A stretch of 64,000 nucleotides of DNA. Source: Fervidobacterium sp. (GTDB lineage Bacteria > Thermotogota > Thermotogae > Thermotogales > Fervidobacteriaceae). This document shows positions 1-14,493 of the stretch, one piece after another (position 1 is the stretch's first letter; every line of letters starts with the position of its first letter). A program made the position numbers and the translations under genes. The DNA lies in the NCBI GenBank assembly GCA_049970055.1, contig JBMFNR010000001.1, forward strand, positions 544,001 through 608,000, in the 5' to 3' direction. Under the pieces are notes generated by a model. It ran no database searches. It was not told where the DNA came from and was given only the letters and a program-made list of their open reading frames with translations.

Positions 1-868
1 CAACTCTTTCCTGAGCTTCAAATGTTGAGGCTCCTACATGTGGCGTAGCAACAACGTTAGGAAGCGAGAGGAGCTTTTGTCTTAACTCATCAGTTGGAGG
101 TTCCACTTCGAACACATCCACACCAGCTGCGTAAACTTTACCGCTAACGAGTGCCTCGTATAGAGCTCCTTCGTCAATTATTCCGCCTCTTGCGGCGTTG
201 ATAATAATTACACCATCTTTCATTTTTTCAATTGTTTCCTTGTTGATTAGGTGCTTTGTTTCGGGTGTCAGTGGTACGTGGATAGTTATATAGTCACTTT
301 CCTTGAAAATAGTATTAAGGTCAACAATTTTTACATCTATATCAGTTTCTTTCACAAAAGGATCGTATGCAAGTACTTTCATATCGAAAGCAAGTAATCT
401 TTTTGCTACTTCTCTTCCAATGTTTCCGAAACCAATTATACCTACGGTTCGCTTATAAAGTTCGTGTCCTTCAAGTTCTTTCTTTGTCCATTTACCATTC
501 TTCAAATCGTTTGTGCCTCTGGCGATGTGTCGTGAACAGGCAATCATTAGTCCAATGGTAAGCTCTGCTACTGATATACTATTTGCCCCTGGTGTGTTAA
601 TTACCTTGATACCTTTTGCCTCGGCTGCTTTTACGTCGATGTTGTCAAGACCTGTACCCGCCCGACCTATTATTTTGAGTTTTGTGCCGGCTTCAATAAT
701 ATCTGCGGTTACTTTCGTTGCACTTCTTACGATCAAAATCTCTATTTCAGGCATAATTTTTATAAGTTCGTCTTTCTCAAAGTGTTGAGATGTCAGTTGA
801 ACATTTGGTAGACTTGCAAGCTTTTCCGTTGCCTGTTTATCAAGCGGATCATTTACGTGAATTCTCAT
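1..868 (-). CDS. serA: D-3-phosphoglycerate/2-hydroxyacid dehydrogenase (3' end outside window)
   Basis: Read manually because it is not in the ORF track. ATG at 868: MRIHVNDPLD...IVRSATKVT...RAGTGLDNID...NTPGAN...GIIGFGNIG (Rossmann motif). Adjacent to a class V aminotransferase. Confidence 0.85.
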   Translation of the reverse strand, partial: MRIHVNDPLDKQATEKLASLPNVQLTSQHFEKDELIKIMPEIEILIVRSATKVTADIIEAGTKLKIIGRAGTGLDNIDVKAAEAKGIKVINTPGANSISVAELTIGLMIACSRHIARGTNDLKNGKWTKKELEGHELYKRTVGIIGFGNIGREVAKRLLAFDMKVLAYDPFVKETDIDVKIVDLNTIFKESDYITIHVPLTPETKHLINKETIEKMKDGVIIINAARGGIIDEGALYEALVSGKVYAAGVDVFEVEPPTDELRQKLLSLPNVVATPHVGASTFEAQERV

Positions 869-869
869 A

Positions 870-2012
870 TTACTTCACCAGCCCTTTGAAGAGTACTTCT
901 TCGGCTGCTTTAACTCCTTTTCCTATTTCGACTTTGTAGCCCAGCTCGTTGAGTGCAAACTCTAAAGCTGCAATACCAGTGATGATATCGAATGGACTTA
1001 CCCAACCAAGATGTGATATTCTAAATAGCTCATCTTTCATAGGTTCTTGACCAGCTGCAATTGTAACACCGTATTTATCTCTCATGATTTTTGTAATCTT
1101 GCTGGCTGGTATTCCTTCAGGCGAAGTCACCGCTGTGAGTACGTTACCTGGTCTTTCTGAGAAGAATGTAAGGCCAAGAGCTTTAATCGCTGCTCTTGTT
1201 GCTTCTCCAAGCAAGGCGTGTCTTGCCCATACATTCTCAATTCCTTCTTCTTTGAGCATTTTAACTGCCTTGTTCAACATGTAAATAAGGTTAACGGCTG
1301 TTGTCCATGGATTATCTGGAGAACTCTTTTTGTATTTTCTTAAGTCGAAATAGTACCTGCTATTCGTACATTTTTCCACCTTTGCGTAAGCTTTGTCGTT
1401 AATAGCAATGAATGCCAATCCTGGAGGCAACATCCAACCTTTTTGTGCTCCCGAGACTACGACATCGATCCCCCACTCGTCCATCTTTAGAGGCTCAGCA
1501 AGCAATCCACTTACTGCATCGGTTACGAGAATAACATCTGTATCTTTTGTCAATTTGGCTATGTTTTCAAGATCAATAACGGTACCAGTAGATGTTTCGC
1601 TGTATGTTGTGAAAACTACCTTAGCATCCGGATTTTCTTTCATTGCTTTTTCTATCATCTCTGGTGTTACCGCTTTACCCCATGGAAGTTTGATTTCAAT
1701 TGGAACGATGTTGTAAGCCTTTGCTATTTCAACCCATCTCTCACCAAATTTACCAGCATTAACAATAATTGCTTTCTCACCCGGATTGACAAGATTAACC
1801 ATAGCTGTCTCAAGGGCTCCAGTTCCGGAAGCGGTAAGAACGTATACTGGATGTTGTGTTTGAAAGACGTATTTTGTTAGCTCAAGTGTTTCTTCTAATA
1901 TCTTTACGAACTGTGGAGTCCTATGATGGATGGTGTCCTTTGCACCTTCAAGTAGTATCTCTTGCGGTACAGGTGTTGGACCAGGTGCCAATAAAAGGTT
2001 CTTCTTAATCAT
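870..2012 (-). CDS. Class V PLP aminotransferase (serine-pyruvate/alanine-glyoxylate family)
   Basis: [19 protein letters not shown] and [12 protein letters not shown] motifs. Start moved to 2012, which has an AGGAGG RBS upstream. Confidence 0.9.
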   Translation of the reverse strand: MIKKNLLLAPGPTPVPQEILLEGAKDTIHHRTPQFVKILEETLELTKYVFQTQHPVYVLTASGTGALETAMVNLVNPGEKAIIVNAGKFGERWVEIAKAYNIVPIEIKLPWGKAVTPEMIEKAMKENPDAKVVFTTYSETSTGTVIDLENIAKLTKDTDVILVTDAVSGLLAEPLKMDEWGIDVVVSGAQKGWMLPPGLAFIAINDKAYAKVEKCTNSRYYFDLRKYKKSSPDNPWTTAVNLIYMLNKAVKMLKEEGIENVWARHALLGEATRAAIKALGLTFFSERPGNVLTAVTSPEGIPASKITKIMRDKYGVTIAAGQEPMKDELFRISHLGWVSPFDIITGIAALEFALNELGYKVEIGKGVKAAEEVLFKGLVK

Positions 2013-2421
2013 CTTTCTAACCTCCTTTTGATTAGTAAAATCTTTAGAATTCAATTGATGATACATCACTACAATAAAATCATTAAAACGTGAATGTTGT
2101 CAATCCGACTTAACCGCAAATTTTTCATTTTGTTGTGAAAGTTTACCATTTTTCTTTCTTAAACTGTTTGTTTGGCATGATAGGTGAATAATAAACAAGT
2201 ATTTTAAACTTCATGTCAGTAATTTGTGTAAATATTACATATTGCACAAGATTGCATGCAAATATTTGCAATATATTAACACATAAGTTGTATTATAAAA
2301 CATTTACAAAACATGCATTATACGTAATTTTATTGGCAGTTATAATAGAATGGCATATATTTGCTAAAATACCTGTGGTGAAAAACATTTCTACGAAAGC
2401 TTACACGGGGAGTGATTAAGA

Positions 2422-3657
2422 ATGGATTTGGAAAGCAAGAGTTCGGAAGTTGGCAAGAACCTACGTTCATCACTCATAAGAGAACTTCTCAAGTACGCAT
2501 CTGTACCAGGTTCTATTTCGTTTGGTGGTGGGGTACCAGATCCGGAGACTTTCCCAAGGCATGAACTTGCACAGATAGCAAAAGAAGTTATAGAAAACGA
2601 GTATAAATACACTCTTCAGTACAATACAACAGAGGGCGATGATGAGTTAGCTAAGCAGATGATAAAACTTCTTGAGCGAATATACGGAATTACATGTCTT
2701 GGAAGAGAAAACTTGCTCTTCACCACAGGTTCGCAGCAAGCGCTTGACTTAGTCGCGAGAATATTTTTGGATAAAGAGAGTATCTGCATAGTTGAATTCC
2801 CAGTTTACTTAGGAGCCGCAAGCGCGTTTAGAACTTTTTCACCCAGATTCGAACCGATTCCACTGGAAGACGACGGAATGGATGTCAATGTTCTTGAAAG
2901 AAAACTGAAAGAATTGGATGAAAAAGGTTTAATTAGTAAGGTTAAATTCATTTACACAGTTCCAAACTTCCACAATCCTGCTGGAGTTACTATGAGTTTT
3001 GAAAAGAGGAAAAAATTGATAGAACTCGCAGATAAGTACGATATTTTTATACTCGAGGATGATCCATATGGTATGCTAAGGTTTGAAGGTGAGCATTTAC
3101 CATCGCTGTACAAATTGGCAGGGCCAGATAGAGTTATCCTTTTAAATACGTTTAGTAAGATACTCACGCCTGGTTTAAGGATTGGTGTAATAGTTGGAAG
3201 GCAAGACATAGTTAGAAAAATCACTCTGGCGAAACAAGCTGCAGATCTTTGCAGTCCAAGTTTAAACCAAAGAATCGCTGCGAGATATCTTGAAAGGTAC
3301 GATCTATTCGAACAGCTTAAGCCTGGTATTGAACTTTATAGAAAAAAGAAAAATACCATGATTAAAGCACTCGAAGAGAACTTCTCTGATATTCCAAAAG
3401 CAAAATGGGTCAATCCACAAGGTGGACTGTTTGTGTGGATGACTCTGCCAGATGGATTTGATACTATGGAGATGTTTGAATTTGCAAAAGAAAAGAAGAT
3501 TTACTATATCCCCGGTCAAGCATTTACCATCGACGATAGTATTTCAACCTCAATGAGGTTGTCTTTCTGCTTACCACCTGAAGAAAAGATTATTGAAGGA
3601 GTAAAGAGATTAAAAGAAGTTGTTGTGGAGTATGGTAAGAAGAAGGGGTTGATTTGA
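2422..3657 (+). CDS. Class I/II PLP aminotransferase (LysN/ARO8-like)
   Basis: ISFGGGVPDP, TGSQQALD, NFHNPAG, EDDPYG and TFSKILTPGLRIG motifs. Confidence 0.9.
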   Translation: MDLESKSSEVGKNLRSSLIRELLKYASVPGSISFGGGVPDPETFPRHELAQIAKEVIENEYKYTLQYNTTEGDDELAKQMIKLLERIYGITCLGRENLLFTTGSQQALDLVARIFLDKESICIVEFPVYLGAASAFRTFSPRFEPIPLEDDGMDVNVLERKLKELDEKGLISKVKFIYTVPNFHNPAGVTMSFEKRKKLIELADKYDIFILEDDPYGMLRFEGEHLPSLYKLAGPDRVILLNTFSKILTPGLRIGVIVGRQDIVRKITLAKQAADLCSPSLNQRIAARYLERYDLFEQLKPGIELYRKKKNTMIKALEENFSDIPKAKWVNPQGGLFVWMTLPDGFDTMEMFEFAKEKKIYYIPGQAFTIDDSISTSMRLSFCLPPEEKIIEGVKRLKEVVVEYGKKKGLI

Positions 3658-3658
3658 T

Positions 3659-4727
3659 ATGAAGATCCTCGTGATTAACCCTGGTGCAACAAGTACAAAG
3701 GTTGCCGTTTTTGAAGATAAAAATAAAGTGTTGCAAGAAACTCTCCAGCATTCTGTTGAAGAGTTGGAAAAGTACCCAGACATTATGAAGCAAAAAAAGC
3801 TCAGAGAGGAAGCTATACTGAACTTTCTTTCAAAAAACCACTTAAAAGTGGAGGATTTTGACGCCATCGCAGCAAGAGGTGGCATATTACCCCCAGTTGA
3901 AAGTGGAACATACAAAGTGGATGAAAGAATGGTAGATTACCTTCTTAATAAGACAAAAGTCCAACACGCCTCAAATTTAGCAGCAGTAATAGGTTTTGAG
4001 CTTGCGAAAATTTGTAAAAAGAACATTCCAGTTTACGTCACCGATCCAGTTAGCGTAGATGAAATGATACCTGAAGCTCGACTTTCCGGAATAAAGGACA
4101 TAGAAAGAAAAAGCTTATCACATATTTTGAATATGAGAGTTGTTGGTATAAGAATCTCTGAGGAGCTTGGGAAGAAATTTAATGAACTCAATATGGTGAT
4201 AGCGCACCTTGGGAGTGGTATCTCAGTAGCACCTTTTGAAAAAGGCAGAATGATAGACGTAAATAATGCAAACGATGAAGGGCCGTTCAGTGTGGAAAGA
4301 ACTGGTGAATTGCCAGTTGGTGATGTTGTCAAGCTTTGTTATTCTGGCAAGCATACAAAAGAAGAAATAAAGAAGATGTTCGTTGGTCGTGGCGGTCTTG
4401 TAGCTTATTTAGGTACAAATGATCTGAGAGAAGCTTTTAAGATGGCTGAAACAGATCCTAAAGCCATGGAAGTCATCGAAGCGATGGCTTACCAAATTGC
4501 TCAAGAAATAGGCGCTATGTGCGTTGCACTCAAAGGTCAGGTCGATGCCATCGTTTTTACAGGTGGTATGGCTTACAGCGAAAAGTTCATCTCCATGATA
4601 AAATCATATATTTATAAATTTGGTCCCATATTTGTTGTTCCCGGTGAAATGGAAATGGAAGCACTTGCATTTGGTGCCTTGAGAGTTTTAACAAAAGAAG
4701 AACAAGAGAAAGTGTGGGGTGAAAGTT

Positions 4728-4744
<17 letters not shown>
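3659..4744 (+). CDS. buk: Butyrate (branched-chain carboxylate) kinase
   Basis: ILVINPGATSTK, HASNL and HLGSGIS motifs; next to ptb. Confidence 0.9.
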
Positions 4745-6733
<1,989 letters not shown>

Positions 6734-6748
6734 GAGAAAGGTGAAAAA

Positions 6749-7414
6749 ATGAGTGAAAAAATTATAAAAAATTACGCATTTATAGGACTTTTCGGAAGCG
6801 GTAAAACAGAGGTTGCAATTAATTGGGCTTTGAAATTGAAAAAAGAATACGATAAAGTGGCCATTATTGATGGTGACATTATCTCTCCCTATTTTAGAAC
6901 ACGCGATGTTGCTGAAGAACTTGAGAAAATGGGAATCGTCGCTGTTTATCCCAAAGGTGCACTTAGAAACGCGGATTTACCTATCATTACAGGTGGTGCG
7001 ATTGGTTATTTAGTCAACAGTGAGTACAAGACAGTTATAGACGTTGGTGGAGAAGAAAATGGAATTGTTGTCCTGGGATACCTTAAGCCATACCTAGGCA
7101 ATGCTGAAATTAGTATGGTGGTTAATGTTGCAAGACCCTTTTCGTCAACGGTAGATTCAATAACACGTGCCTATGAGCAACTGAGAAGAATTGCGAGGAT
7201 AGAGGTTAACTACCTGATAAACAATGCTAATCTCTCATATGAAACAACTGTGGATCTGATTCACAAAGGTGAAGAGATACTAAGTCAGGTTTCCGAAATA
7301 ATTGAAGTGCCTGTAAAATTTACAGTAGTGCCTGACTTTATATCCATATCAGAAGATAATTTTAAATACCCAGTTTTAAAAATTAAAAGGTACATGAGAA
7401 TGGAGAATTATTAA
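6749..7414 (+). CDS. Uncharacterised P-loop NTPase
   Basis: Walker A GLFGSGKTE, D-x-D-x-x-S-PYFR and DVGG motifs; located inside the buk/vor operon. Confidence 0.75.
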   Translation: MSEKIIKNYAFIGLFGSGKTEVAINWALKLKKEYDKVAIIDGDIISPYFRTRDVAEELEKMGIVAVYPKGALRNADLPIITGGAIGYLVNSEYKTVIDVGGEENGIVVLGYLKPYLGNAEISMVVNVARPFSSTVDSITRAYEQLRRIARIEVNYLINNANLSYETTVDLIHKGEEILSQVSEIIEVPVKFTVVPDFISISEDNFKYPVLKIKRYMRMENY

Positions 7415-7431
7415 CGTGAGGAGGAGATACG

Positions 7432-7662
7432 ATGCCGAAAGTAAAAGGTAGGATCGAAATCGATCAAGAAAGATGCAAAGGCTGTGGGTTGTGCATAAGT
7501 GTTTGTCCAACGAAAGTTATTGAGTTTTCAGAAGGGTTCAATTCGAAAGGTTATCATCCCGCTGAAGCCAAACATATTGAAAAGTGTATCGCTTGTGGAT
7601 TTTGTTACTACATGTGTCCTGATGTTTGTATAACAGTTTACAAAGAAGTCGAAAGTGCATAA
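7432..7662 (+). CDS. 2[4Fe-4S] ferredoxin-like delta subunit of 2-oxoacid:ferredoxin oxidoreductase
   Basis: Two CxxCxxCxxxCP motifs. Confidence 0.92.
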   Translation: MPKVKGRIEIDQERCKGCGLCISVCPTKVIEFSEGFNSKGYHPAEAKHIEKCIACGFCYYMCPDVCITVYKEVESA

Positions 7663-7675
7663 GGAGGGGAAGTAA

Positions 7676-8734
7676 ATGGAAAGGGTGCTTGTGAAAGGTA
7701 CAGAAGCAATAGGTGAAGCAGCTATAAGAGCTGGTTGTAGATTGTTCTTTGGTTATCCAATTACCCCGCAAAATGAATTACCTGAATACATGTCGAAAAG
7801 GTTACCAGAAGTTAATGGCACTTTTTTACAAACTGAGAGCGAAGTTGCAACAATTAACATGGTCTACGGTGCAGCATGTACGGGCACAAGAGTTATGACA
7901 TCGACATCTTCTCCCGGGTTTAGCCTTATGCAAGAAGGTGTATCGTACATGGCTTGTGCGGAATTACCAGCAGTTTTAGTTAACGTAGTGCGCGGTGGCC
8001 CGGGACTTGGTGATATCCAACCTTCGCAAAGTGATTATTGGCAAGCAACAAAGGGAGGGGGTCACGGCGATTACAAACTGATCGTTCTCGGCCCTTCTAC
8101 AGTTCAAGAAGCAGTAGATCTTACAGTGCTTGCATTTGATTTAGCAGACAAGTACAGAACTCCTGTTCTCATAATAGCAGACGGTGTTATTGGCCAAATG
8201 ATGGAGCCGGTAACATTTCCTGAATTCAGGGATCTAAATACTCTTCCAAAACACGAAGACTGGGCGCTCACTGGTGCCATGGGAAGAGAAAAACACATAG
8301 TAGTATCGTTTGATATAGACCCATACGTTCTTGAAAAAATGAACATGAAATTAGTGGAAAAATACAAAGAAATTGAAAAAACGGAAAAACGATGGGAAGA
8401 GTACGAACTCGAAGATGCTGATATAGTTATAACAGCGTTTGGTACCGTTGCAAGGATTGCGAAAAGTGTTATCAAACAAGCTAGAAAAGAGGGAATAAAA
8501 GCTGGTTTGTTTAGGCCTATTACATTGTGGCCATTCCCGTACGAAAGACTTGAAGAAATATCAAAAGGCAAAAAGTTGATCTTCGATGTAGAAATGAATA
8601 TGGGGCAAATGCTTGAAGATGTAAAGATGGCTGTAAAAGACCATGCACCGGTCGAGTATTACGGTAGACTTGGTGGTGTTGTGCCAACACCTGAAGAAAT
8701 ACTCAACGTTCTCAAATCCAAAATTGGGAGGTAA
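7676..8734 (+). CDS. vorB: 2-oxoacid (2-ketoisovalerate-type):ferredoxin oxidoreductase alpha subunit
   Basis: GYPITPQ, ESE, TSTSSPG and RGGPGLG motifs. Confidence 0.88.
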   Translation: MERVLVKGTEAIGEAAIRAGCRLFFGYPITPQNELPEYMSKRLPEVNGTFLQTESEVATINMVYGAACTGTRVMTSTSSPGFSLMQEGVSYMACAELPAVLVNVVRGGPGLGDIQPSQSDYWQATKGGGHGDYKLIVLGPSTVQEAVDLTVLAFDLADKYRTPVLIIADGVIGQMMEPVTFPEFRDLNTLPKHEDWALTGAMGREKHIVVSFDIDPYVLEKMNMKLVEKYKEIEKTEKRWEEYELEDADIVITAFGTVARIAKSVIKQARKEGIKAGLFRPITLWPFPYERLEEISKGKKLIFDVEMNMGQMLEDVKMAVKDHAPVEYYGRLGGVVPTPEEILNVLKSKIGR

Positions 8735-8739
8735 TATGT

Positions 8740-9492
8740 ATGTTCCAGGTAGTATACAAAAAGCCAGAAAGTCTAACTGAAAAGGAGCTCACTTATTGTC
8801 CAGGATGTACACATGGTATAATCCACAGACTTATCGCTGAAGTTATAGACGAGCTTGGTATAAGAGAAAAAACGATAGCTGTTGCACCAATAGGTTGTTC
8901 TGTTTTTGCGTATCAATTCTTCAATACGGATGCAACTGTTGCCGCTCATGGTAGAGCTCCAGCTGTCGCAACTGGTATGAAAAGGGCAAGACCTGATCTG
9001 TACATTTTCACATACCAAGGTGATGGCGATTTAGCAGCTATTGGAACAGCGGAGATTGTTCATGCAGCAAATAGAGGTGAAAAGATCACAACGATATTTG
9101 TTAACAACGCGATTTATGGTATGACGGGTGGACAGATGGCTCCAACAACGCTTCTGGGTATGAAAACAACGACAACACCTTACGGAAGGAGTGCTTCAAA
9201 CGACGGCTATCCTTTGCATGTTAGCGAAATTATCAAAGAGGCTAAAGGGGTAGCATTTTTAGCGAGAACAAAAGTCAATACGCCTCAAGATGTTCAGAAA
9301 ACGAAGAAAGCAATAAAGAAAGCGTTTTTGGCACAGGTAAAAGGTCTTGGTTTTGGTATGGTTGAGGTACTTTCAACATGTCCAACGAACTGGGGTATCG
9401 ATCCCATTTCAGCATTGAAATGGCTTGATGAGCATATGGTACCAGAGTACCCCCTTGGGATATTCATTGACAAAGTAGGTGATGAGCAATGA
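8740..9492 (+). CDS. 2-oxoacid:ferredoxin oxidoreductase beta (TPP-binding) subunit
   Basis: YCPGC, IGCS, HGRA and GDGD...NN-x-x-YGMTGGQ motifs. Confidence 0.92.
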   Translation: MFQVVYKKPESLTEKELTYCPGCTHGIIHRLIAEVIDELGIREKTIAVAPIGCSVFAYQFFNTDATVAAHGRAPAVATGMKRARPDLYIFTYQGDGDLAAIGTAEIVHAANRGEKITTIFVNNAIYGMTGGQMAPTTLLGMKTTTTPYGRSASNDGYPLHVSEIIKEAKGVAFLARTKVNTPQDVQKTKKAIKKAFLAQVKGLGFGMVEVLSTCPTNWGIDPISALKWLDEHMVPEYPLGIFIDKVGDEQ

Positions 9493-10028
9493 CATCAAGA
9501 ATGATTTTCGCTGGTTTTGGCGGTCAAGGTGTAATGCTCATGGGACAAATAACTTCTCTTGCTGGTATGATTGAAGGTAAAAACGTTACCTGGATGCCTT
9601 CGTATGGTCCTGAGATGCGAGGTGGAACAGCAAATTGTACGGTTGTTATCAGCGATGAACCAGTTGCTTCACCTGTTACGGATAAAGCGGAGATTGTCGT
9701 TGCAATGAATATACCATCGCTTTTGAAGTTTGAATCCTACGTTGTAGAGAATGGGGTCCTTTTGATCAATCAATCGGTGGTGGATAGAGATGCCACAAGG
9801 AAAGATATAAATATTGTAAAAGTACCTTGCAATGAGATTGCGGATGAACTCGGAAATTTGAAGGTGGCAAACATGGTTATGCTTGGAGCAGTCATTGGAG
9901 CAACCAATGTCGTTAGTACGGAAAGTGTCTTTAAAGCACTTGAGAAAAAACTAAGTGGTGGAAAAGCAGCACTCATAGAGATTAATAAGCAAGCAATAAT
10001 GAAAGGATATGAACTTGCAAAAAAATAA
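9489..10028 (+). CDS. 2-oxoacid:ferredoxin oxidoreductase gamma subunit
   Basis: [15 protein letters not shown] and NMVMLGA motifs. Confidence 0.92.
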   Translation: MTSRMIFAGFGGQGVMLMGQITSLAGMIEGKNVTWMPSYGPEMRGGTANCTVVISDEPVASPVTDKAEIVVAMNIPSLLKFESYVVENGVLLINQSVVDRDATRKDINIVKVPCNEIADELGNLKVANMVMLGAVIGATNVVSTESVFKALEKKLSGGKAALIEINKQAIMKGYELAKK

Positions 10029-10075
10029 TTTTTTCATGCGCTTTAAAAAGCGGATTAGATAAATTAATGCATTGT

Positions 10076-10101
10076 GCTGGGGCTAAGCTCCAGCTTTTTT
10101 T
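10076..10101 (+). terminator. Intrinsic terminator
   Basis: GCTGGGGC-TAA-GCTCCAGC hairpin followed by T7. Confidence 0.8.
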
Positions 10102-10154
10102 ATTTTGTTAAATCTGAGCTCTTGTGATATAATAAATTACACATCAAATGGGAG

Positions 10155-11309
10155 GTGCTATTTATGAGGAAAAACCTGTATATTACTACGTTGGTATTTT
10201 TACTTTTTGTGACGACTCTGACTTTTTCAGAGTTTTATCTAAACGTCAGTACAGTAAATATAGGTCAGGAGAATTACATGGTTTATGAATTTGGGCCAGA
10301 GTTTACAGTAGGTCCAGTAACACTTGGAGTAAGCTTGACAACATACGCTAGTGACCTTACAACAGGAAATTTCTACTTTGGAACACCAGGAGTATCACAA
10401 AGCACAAACATCGTTGATGGACTTAACATAACTGCGCTTGGTTTAGACCTTGGAACGTTTTGGTTCAGATACGGAAATATGAAGCAAATCACTTATGGCA
10501 TGGGATTTGTCTTTAATGGCTATTATTTGCCCAACACAAAAGTTATCGACGGTGGAATAAGGATTGGTAATTTGAATGCCTCTGTACATGTTCCATACGA
10601 ATTAAAACAACTATCAACATTTAGCTTTGGTCCATCTGATACCTTATACGCAGCCAATATATCAACAAAATTACTTGTTTTTGATTTATCCGCTTTCGGT
10701 GGCATGGAGCTTTCGGAAAATAGTAAATTACAAAATATTGCTGGTGTATCATTGACAATGCCAGCACTTGGCTTTTCAATTGGTGCAGAGGCTGATGTTC
10801 AGATGTGGCGAGATAGTACTCTTGGATACGGCGGTTTTGCTGGTATATTTGGAGACTTTGGAATGTTCCAGCTGGTTGCTGGACCATACTATTCAAGCAA
10901 TGGCTTTGCAGCGTGGTTAATCGGTAAAAATTACGCCGAGTTGAGAGACTCTATTGATCCAAGAAACTATTCGATGCAAATGGGATACATAGCCAAAGCA
11001 TCCCTAACGTTTGAGCCATACGGAAAAATAGTTCTCGGATTAAAAGGTGATTTCGATGGTAACTTTACATTGAGTGGGGAAGGAATGGTGAATATCCCAG
11101 CAGTTGCTGGTACAAATGGCCTTGTTTTGTACGGTTATTTATTTGATGATACTCCGTTTAGCTCTGGAAATATACTTGACAACGATACAGTTGCGAGGCT
11201 CACGATAGCTTATCCTGTGTTTGGGAACTTTTATGCGGGAATAAAATATATTTGGAATGGAACAGAATTTGCACAAACAGCGTTTGTTGGAGGAAACTCT
11301 AATTTCTGA
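10155..11309 (+). CDS. Exported beta-rich protein, possible outer-envelope beta-barrel
   Basis: Signal-peptide-like N-terminus, Gly/aromatic-rich alternating strands and a C-terminal Phe. Start may be 10164. Confidence 0.6.
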   Translation: MLFMRKNLYITTLVFLLFVTTLTFSEFYLNVSTVNIGQENYMVYEFGPEFTVGPVTLGVSLTTYASDLTTGNFYFGTPGVSQSTNIVDGLNITALGLDLGTFWFRYGNMKQITYGMGFVFNGYYLPNTKVIDGGIRIGNLNASVHVPYELKQLSTFSFGPSDTLYAANISTKLLVFDLSAFGGMELSENSKLQNIAGVSLTMPALGFSIGAEADVQMWRDSTLGYGGFAGIFGDFGMFQLVAGPYYSSNGFAAWLIGKNYAELRDSIDPRNYSMQMGYIAKASLTFEPYGKIVLGLKGDFDGNFTLSGEGMVNIPAVAGTNGLVLYGYLFDDTPFSSGNILDNDTVARLTIAYPVFGNFYAGIKYIWNGTEFAQTAFVGGNSNF

Positions 11310-11332
11310 TTAGGTTTTAGCAATACAGGATC

Positions 11333-11361
11333 TTGAAAATGATTACGCTATGTGATATAAT
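11333..11361 (+). promoter_or_regulatory. sigma70-type promoter of tRNA-Gly
   Basis: TTGAAA-17 nt-TATAAT with extended TG, 15 nt upstream of the tRNA. Confidence 0.75.
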
Positions 11362-11375
11362 TACTATTGATAAGA

Positions 11376-11451
11376 GCGGGTGTAGCTCAGTTGGTAGAGC
11401 ATCAGCTTCCCAAGCTGAGGGCCGCGGGTTCGAATCCCGTCGCCCGCTCCA
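11376..11451 (+). tRNA. tRNA-Gly(CCC)
   Basis: 76-nt cloverleaf: GCGGGTG acceptor stem, anticodon arm TCAGC-TTCCCAA-GCTGA, GTTCGAATC T-loop and encoded CCA. Confidence 0.97.
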
Positions 11452-11487
11452 GAATTCTACCTGATTCGAAATACCACAATGTGAATG

Positions 11488-11522
11488 TAGCAAGATAGAC
11501 CCACAGTGGGTCTATCTTGCTA
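11488..11522. repeat. Perfect 35-bp palindrome (17-bp arms)
   Basis: TAGCAAGATAGACCCAC-A-GTGGGTCTATCTTGCTA. Confidence 0.9.
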
Positions 11523-11532
11523 TATATGTTAA

Positions 11533-13096
<1,564 letters not shown>

Positions 13097-13098
<2 letters not shown>

Positions 13099-13134
13099 AA
13101 ATAATTCGTGGTCTTGCGACCACGAATTATTTTT
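13097..13134. terminator. Bidirectional terminator
   Basis: AAAAATAATTCGTGGTC-TTGC-GACCACGAATTATTTTT between convergent genes. Confidence 0.85.
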
Positions 13135-13429
13135 AATATTTGTTCCTTGTAGCTACAATAAGTTTTAAACCAATTTCAATAAGACCTGCTGCAATGATTG
13201 CAATAACAAATTCCCAAAATCCCATTCTTATGTATCCAAGCGATTGGGTAATTATAAGACCTCCCAGAATGGATAATCCAAGTCCGTTTGGGAATTTTCT
13301 TATCATGCTCACAATTCCACCGACGATGGCTATACTACCAAGTACAAGCCATACGGGTGAAGTTACGGACAAAACAATACTGAGTAATATAAATATTCCT
13401 GCAGATAGTAAAATAACACCCCAGAACAT
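13133..13429 (-). CDS. Small 4-TM membrane protein (LiaF/LiaI-like)
   Basis: Four hydrophobic segments; last gene of the DUF2089 operon. Confidence 0.7.
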   Translation of the reverse strand: MFWGVILLSAGIFILLSIVLSVTSPVWLVLGSIAIVGGIVSMIRKFPNGLGLSILGGLIITQSLGYIRMGFWEFVIAIIAAGLIEIGLKLIVATRNKY

Positions 13430-13453
13430 TAAATCACCTCCAAAAATTATGTC

Positions 13454-14425
13454 TCACTCTCTTTTTATTATACCATTACCACGTAGATTTTCATATTCAA
13501 AGATATATGCGTAAATTTCTCCAGTATTTTCTACATCTTCACATGAAAATCTGTCGCATATAATCTTTCCTGAGTTTCTAAGTTTTTCAGAATTTATCCG
13601 ATCACATTCTATCGAACCCAAGTTCTTTATCTGTTCACAATCTATTGTATTGCAATTTACTACAGACCTATTATTTAGCACTTCCACGGAAAATTTCTCT
13701 ACTTTTACATTTCCATCGTTTTCAAAAGTCTCACACCGAACTTTTTCAACAACCACATTCCCCATGTTTTTGAAATTCTCGACGTAAAGCTTTTCACAAA
13801 TCAATTCCGCTTTATCGGAAGTAATTAACTCTTCGCAAGTTACTTGTTCGGATTCGAGTTTTCCATTAACAACCAATTCGTCGCAGTCTATTGATGAAAC
13901 TTTGGCATATCCGTCTATAACTATTTTTCTTTTACGTAGAGTTTCTTCTTTCAGATGACCGGTAATTATCAAAACATCTTCATCAAACCCATTGGATGTA
14001 AATTTGTCCTTTATCATACTTTTTGCGAATGGAATATTAAATTCTACAACATTTCTTTTGCCAGCTATTTTGGCTTTTCCTTCTTCTTTTGTCAAAACTA
14101 AATTTACGTTTCCTTCCACTGATCCACCATTCCAAATAACAGTTGAGCGTACAGCATTTAAATTTCCATGTACCACTCCAGAGAGTTCAATAATACTATT
14201 AATTACAGAAACGTCCCCGTATAACTCGCCTAAAATTTTGACTCTTGCGTTTGTTGCCGATATATCTTTTTTAACAACAGTATCCTTTTCAACAATGTAC
14301 TCTCCATTCAGTACATGTTCCTTTGTGTTTTTCCCGCTTTCAAATAAAGTATCGATTAATTTCTCAGCATCTTCAAGGGTTATTTCGCCGCTTTCAACTG
14401 CTATAAGTATTTTTCTTAATTCCAT
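13454..14425 (-). CDS. SHOCT-like + beta-helix (bactofilin-like) repeat protein
   Basis: N-terminal LRKILIAVESGEITLEDAEKLI followed by ~16-aa G-x-V/I repeats. Confidence 0.7.
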   Translation of the reverse strand: MELRKILIAVESGEITLEDAEKLIDTLFESGKNTKEHVLNGEYIVEKDTVVKKDISATNARVKILGELYGDVSVINSIIELSGVVHGNLNAVRSTVIWNGGSVEGNVNLVLTKEEGKAKIAGKRNVVEFNIPFAKSMIKDKFTSNGFDEDVLIITGHLKEETLRKRKIVIDGYAKVSSIDCDELVVNGKLESEQVTCEELITSDKAELICEKLYVENFKNMGNVVVEKVRCETFENDGNVKVEKFSVEVLNNRSVVNCNTIDCEQIKNLGSIECDRINSEKLRNSGKIICDRFSCEDVENTGEIYAYIFEYENLRGNGIIKRE

Positions 14426-14493
14426 AACCAACCACCCCTTTCATACTCTTTCACAATAACTTATGCTCTTTTGTTTTAGCTTGCTGTCTTAAT

